Positions 31,626-35,074 of a stretch of 35,074 nt of DNA are shown one piece after another (within the stretch, counting starts at the first letter, position 1; each line of letters begins with the position of its first letter). The stretch covers positions 149,171,932 to 149,207,005 of the forward strand of contig NC_068983.1 in NCBI RefSeq assembly GCF_001194135.2, read 5' to 3'. Below the pieces are notes generated by a model. It did not search any database. It had not been told where the DNA came from and saw only the letters and a program-made list of their open reading frames with translations. Origin of the DNA: Octopus bimaculoides. Taxonomy: Eukaryota. Position numbers and translations under genes: made by a program.

Positions 31626-33676
31626 AGTTCGTCCGTTGACAGTACATAACAGAAGACTGGACACGGTGTGTCCAATTTTGGCAAGTCGGTCCGATTGTGC
31701 TCAAAAGGCTCTGCTGCAAGTCTGGCACTAGTGGTCAACTTGGATTGAGGGTAAGTGGTTGGCTCTGGGCTAGCATAGTTCACATTTTCTTTGTGATCCT
31801 GCAAGCCTGTTCTATTGGTAGGAGGTGGCACCTCTGTTGGTGCATCTTCGCCAGGTAAAGCGATCTTGTCTTTGCGTTTCCCAGGAGTCGGATTGATCTC
31901 AAAGCTCTTCAGTGAGGCTTTGAGTGTATCCTTGAAGTGCTTTTTCTGTCCACTTTGCGTACACTCGCTTTCCACTAGTTCACTCTAAAACACTCTCTTG
32001 GAGAGTCGCATGTCAAGTATTCGAACAAGGTGGCCTGATCTTTTGTCACTCTAATATCCTGCCAGTCCCCTCTCCTGACAATGTTGCAGTCAATTAGATG
32101 CCAATGTTTGCTGCGAGGATGCATCAAGGACGTCTTTTGTGGTTGGACAGGCGAAACACTGTGTTGGTGATCAGCAAGTCATGTGCGGCACTGATCTTCA
32201 GCAGTAGATGATCCTTGTTGCTCTTGCCAACTCCGTTTCTCCCAATGACTACCTCCTGTATCTTGTAGTCTGTACCAACTCTGGCGTTGAAGTCGCCGAG
32301 AACGACGAACTTGTCCTCCTTAGACACAGCTACTATATGAGTGCTTCCAAGTCTTCATAAAACTTGCCTTTGACCTCTTCGGGTTAGTCATGTTGGGGGC
32401 GTAAGCACTGATGATTGTTGAATGGCGCTTTTCTCTAAGAGGAAGCCGTAGAGACGTGGGTCGGTCATTCAGTCCTTTGGAGAGTCTAGTTACCCTGCTT
32501 TTCAGACTAGATCCGATGGCAAAACCCACTCCTACTCCACGACGTTCGTCCGTACTGCAGCCACTCAAGAAGAAAGTACAACTGGTTTTGACCTCTGTCA
32601 GCTGACCTTTATCTGGGCTCACTCAGAGCTGCAGTGTGGAAGTTGTACCTGTCGAGTTCTCTTGTAACAAGTGCTATCCGTCTCTCAGGTCTGTTTGCTT
32701 TGGAGTTGTCCACGATCGTTTGCACATTTCCTCTATCAATTGTGAGGAATGTCACCGACGTCTTTGTCTTGGTGTTTCGACCGCATAATTGGGATCCCCG
32801 CTTGCCACAGTACGCAAATCAGGCTGAAGTGAAGTAGGCTATATTTAGGGCACCTTTTCTAGCTCCTTCCTCGGAGCATGGAGATGAGCAGAGCAATCCT
32901 AAAGTGTGTTGCTCAGACACCCAGGGGCTGCCAAGCTTCACTGCTGATTCGGTCCATGGGAAACAACCCTGTGAGCTGGGCTGCCTTTGTGTAGGTTAGT
33001 GACTAAAGCTTCCGGTGCATTCATACCAGATGCTTTGTCATTCGCCCATCGCCACAGTAATTGAAGGTGGGTCTGGGATGGTGTGATGTGTTGACTCGCG
33101 CGTGAAATGGATTAAAGTGAGCAGGGTTGCGCAACGTCATCTGCCTCACTCTCTCGCCCCTTCCTCTTTGATACTAGAAGGTAGAACGCAGTCAAGACGA
33201 CTAGAGATAAATCCGAATGAGGCCAGTGTCCATCGTGCTTCACTGCACCCTGTTCGCGCTCCACAATGTTTGCTGGTCCGCTCTCCTGCCAGTTGAACCA
33301 ATCTGGTGGTTTCCTCCTCACAGTCCGCCGGCTCCAGTTTTCCCTTCCATAAATAGACAAGCCCTAACTCACTAAAAGTTTGAAAGCTGACGACTACCCT
33401 TACCATCGTTTAGTCGGCTTGTGGAGGCCGTCCCCAAGGATGTGGCCGTTGTTGTATGCAGACGGTTTCGAGGTGCCACAGGTAAGAACAAGGTGTCAAG
33501 TGACGACCAGATCGGACGAACTACTCTAAAAAACACCTCGTGTTCTCTCGCCAGAGGTACTACCTCCTTCAGACATGCACCCCTCAAAGGGCAATAGGGG
33601 TACGTTGGAAGGTGTTTGCTGCAATAAAGGACGTGCTCAAAACAAGGATAGACAATACCATACGTTCCAGACTCTT

Positions 33677-33678
<2 letters not shown>
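31625..33678 (-). mobile_element. RTE-BovB-like LINE with 5' UTR, APE and C-terminus but the entire RT deleted
   Basis: NRPERRIALVTRELDRYN..AALSE; GVGVGFAI; IISAYAP; DKFVVLGDFNARVGTD; MHPRSKHWHLID..VRR.D.QDIRVTK fused at about 32040 to GHLVRI.DMRL.K...GQKKHFKDTLKASLK. C-terminal CQTCSRAF finger and 3' end CAACGGACGAACTAATAAT. The 5' UTR extent is inferred. Confidence 0.82.

Positions 33679-33679
<1 letters not shown>

Positions 33680-33772
<93 letters not shown>
33680..33772. repeat. (TG)n(TA)n microsatellite
   Basis: Direct reading. Confidence 0.95.
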
Positions 33773-33775
<3 letters not shown>

Positions 33776-33778
33776 GAC

Positions 33779-34320
33779 TGTACACACAAACCGGCAAAAA
33801 ACTATTGTGTATTTTGCATTAATAAATCAATAATTAAACAAATTTTATGATGTTAAGAAACGTGCTGATATTACCAAACGCTCACAAAGCATATCGTGTC
33901 AATGGTATGTTTCTGTGATAGATTCCGTCGTTGATTTGGCGTTTTTTCATCTAATTTTTCAAATTCATTAAATTCTAGACATTGTCGGTTTTATATAATC
34001 TTGCAAAAGATGTAAAAAAACATGTTTATATCACACAGTTTATGCCACATGGTTATTTTGTATTTATTAACATTAACATTAAAATATTGTTGATAATTTC
34101 TTTCTTTGGAATAGTAATTTCTGCATTAATTAATGTTTGAGATAAAAATACGAACAATCTTCAGTTTTTAGTTAAATATCTTATTATGTATACTGAAATA
34201 TGACAAAACAGCATGAAAAATAATATGGAGTATTTCTTTAATGAATGAATTAGAAATCTAATGGATCGTGCATCACAAAAAGAAACTAACACAGTAAATT
34301 TTGTTTCATTTCTTATTTAC
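33779..34320 (+). repeat. Unclassified interspersed repeat, copy 2 (homologous to 9949-10530)
   Basis: Same colinear blocks as copy 1, and likewise preceded by (TG)n and (TA)n. Confidence 0.8.
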
Positions 34321-34534
34321 TTTGTATACATGTGATTGCAAATCAACAAGTAGAATGGAAAAAGCGTATTACTCAAAATTCAAGCCTGTTGTTTGTTGTT
34401 AAGCACTAAATCTGATGATTTTAAAGCAAGATGACAGAAAATATATACTAATGCAAAGACAGCAACTAGTCTTAGGGAAAGTAGTGTAATTGACTACTTA
34501 AATACTGCAGGAAGTAAATTTACAAAAGCCCCGT

Positions 34535-34645
34535 TATATATATATGTATATATATATTAGGGACAAAATCCAAAATTACAGGTAAAAATTCAATTATATA
34601 TATATATATATATATATATAGGGAGAGAGGAGGGAGAGAGAGGCG
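34535..34645. repeat. (TA)n and (GA)n tracts
   Basis: Direct reading. Confidence 0.85.
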
Positions 34646-34756
34646 GTGCAACTTTGTTCGTAAAATACTTTTACTTGGGTACATTAACAGCTGATTGATA
34701 TATTAGTCATTGTTTCACTGTCGCACCTACAGACTGAATTTTTGGCCAATAGCAAT

Positions 34757-35012
34757 AGGCGCAGGCACGGAAGTGCCGTCTCGCCGACGTGTCCGAGGTG
34801 CGGGCAGGACAGGGAAACCGGGTTAGAAAGCATTTGTGGAATGTTCGGAACTAACGGGACTGATAGTTTTCGCAGAACAACTGTTCGGTAAAAGAGAAGG
34901 ATACAATAAGTACTAGGCTTACTAAAAATAAGCTTTGGGGTCGATTTGCTCGACTAAAGGTGGTGCTCCAGCATGGCCGCAGTCAAATGACTGAAACAAG
35001 TAAAAGAATAAA
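34757..35012 (+). mobile_element. Family A SINE 3' part preceded by an unexplained GC-rich segment
   Basis: 34883-35012 (GTTCGGTAAAAGAG...GGGGTCGATTTGCTCGACTAAAGG...GCTCCAGCATGGCCGCAGTCAAATGACTGAAACAAG) matches the 2656-2790 tail. 34757-34766 (AGGCGCAGGC) matches the head start at 7801. Confidence 0.8.
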
Positions 35013-35074
35013 TTCATTTTCTTTTTCATTTGAATCATGTCACAACGACCTTTGTATTATTATACTTAATAATT

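Noticed and set aside
33037-33100. GGCGAATGAC in the RTE 5' UTR resembling the J4/2-P2 end of an HDV-like ribozyme
   Set aside because: I could not build P1, P3 and L3 pairings by hand. A covariance or descriptor search would be needed.

Overview
AT-rich, microsatellite-dense eukaryotic genomic DNA with four N-gaps (2877-2914, 6108-6296, 13917-14192, 19235-20071). The SINE sequences match my recollection of octopus repeats, so the source is probably Octopus or another coleoid cephalopod; this is inferred, not database-checked. One convincing host gene is present: a class A (rhodopsin-like) GPCR whose 7TM region lies in a single exon (21795-22862, +). It keeps the 7TM scaffold but has lost D2.50, the DRY arginine and the NPxxY asparagine. 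Almost everything else is transposon debris: three R4/Dong-like REL-endonuclease LINE pieces associated with (CATA)n, two RTE-BovB-like LINEs (one missing its whole RT), an RTE piece with an apparent 5' inversion, RTE-X, CR1-like and Penelope-like remnants, Tc1 and mariner remnants, and several tRNA-derived SINE families (two copies with clean TSDs). An unclassified repeat of about 570 bp occurs twice. No CRISPR array, rRNA or true tRNA gene was found. Most ORFs in the supplied track are artefacts of microsatellites, N-gaps or antisense transposon sequence. Boundaries of decayed elements are approximate.
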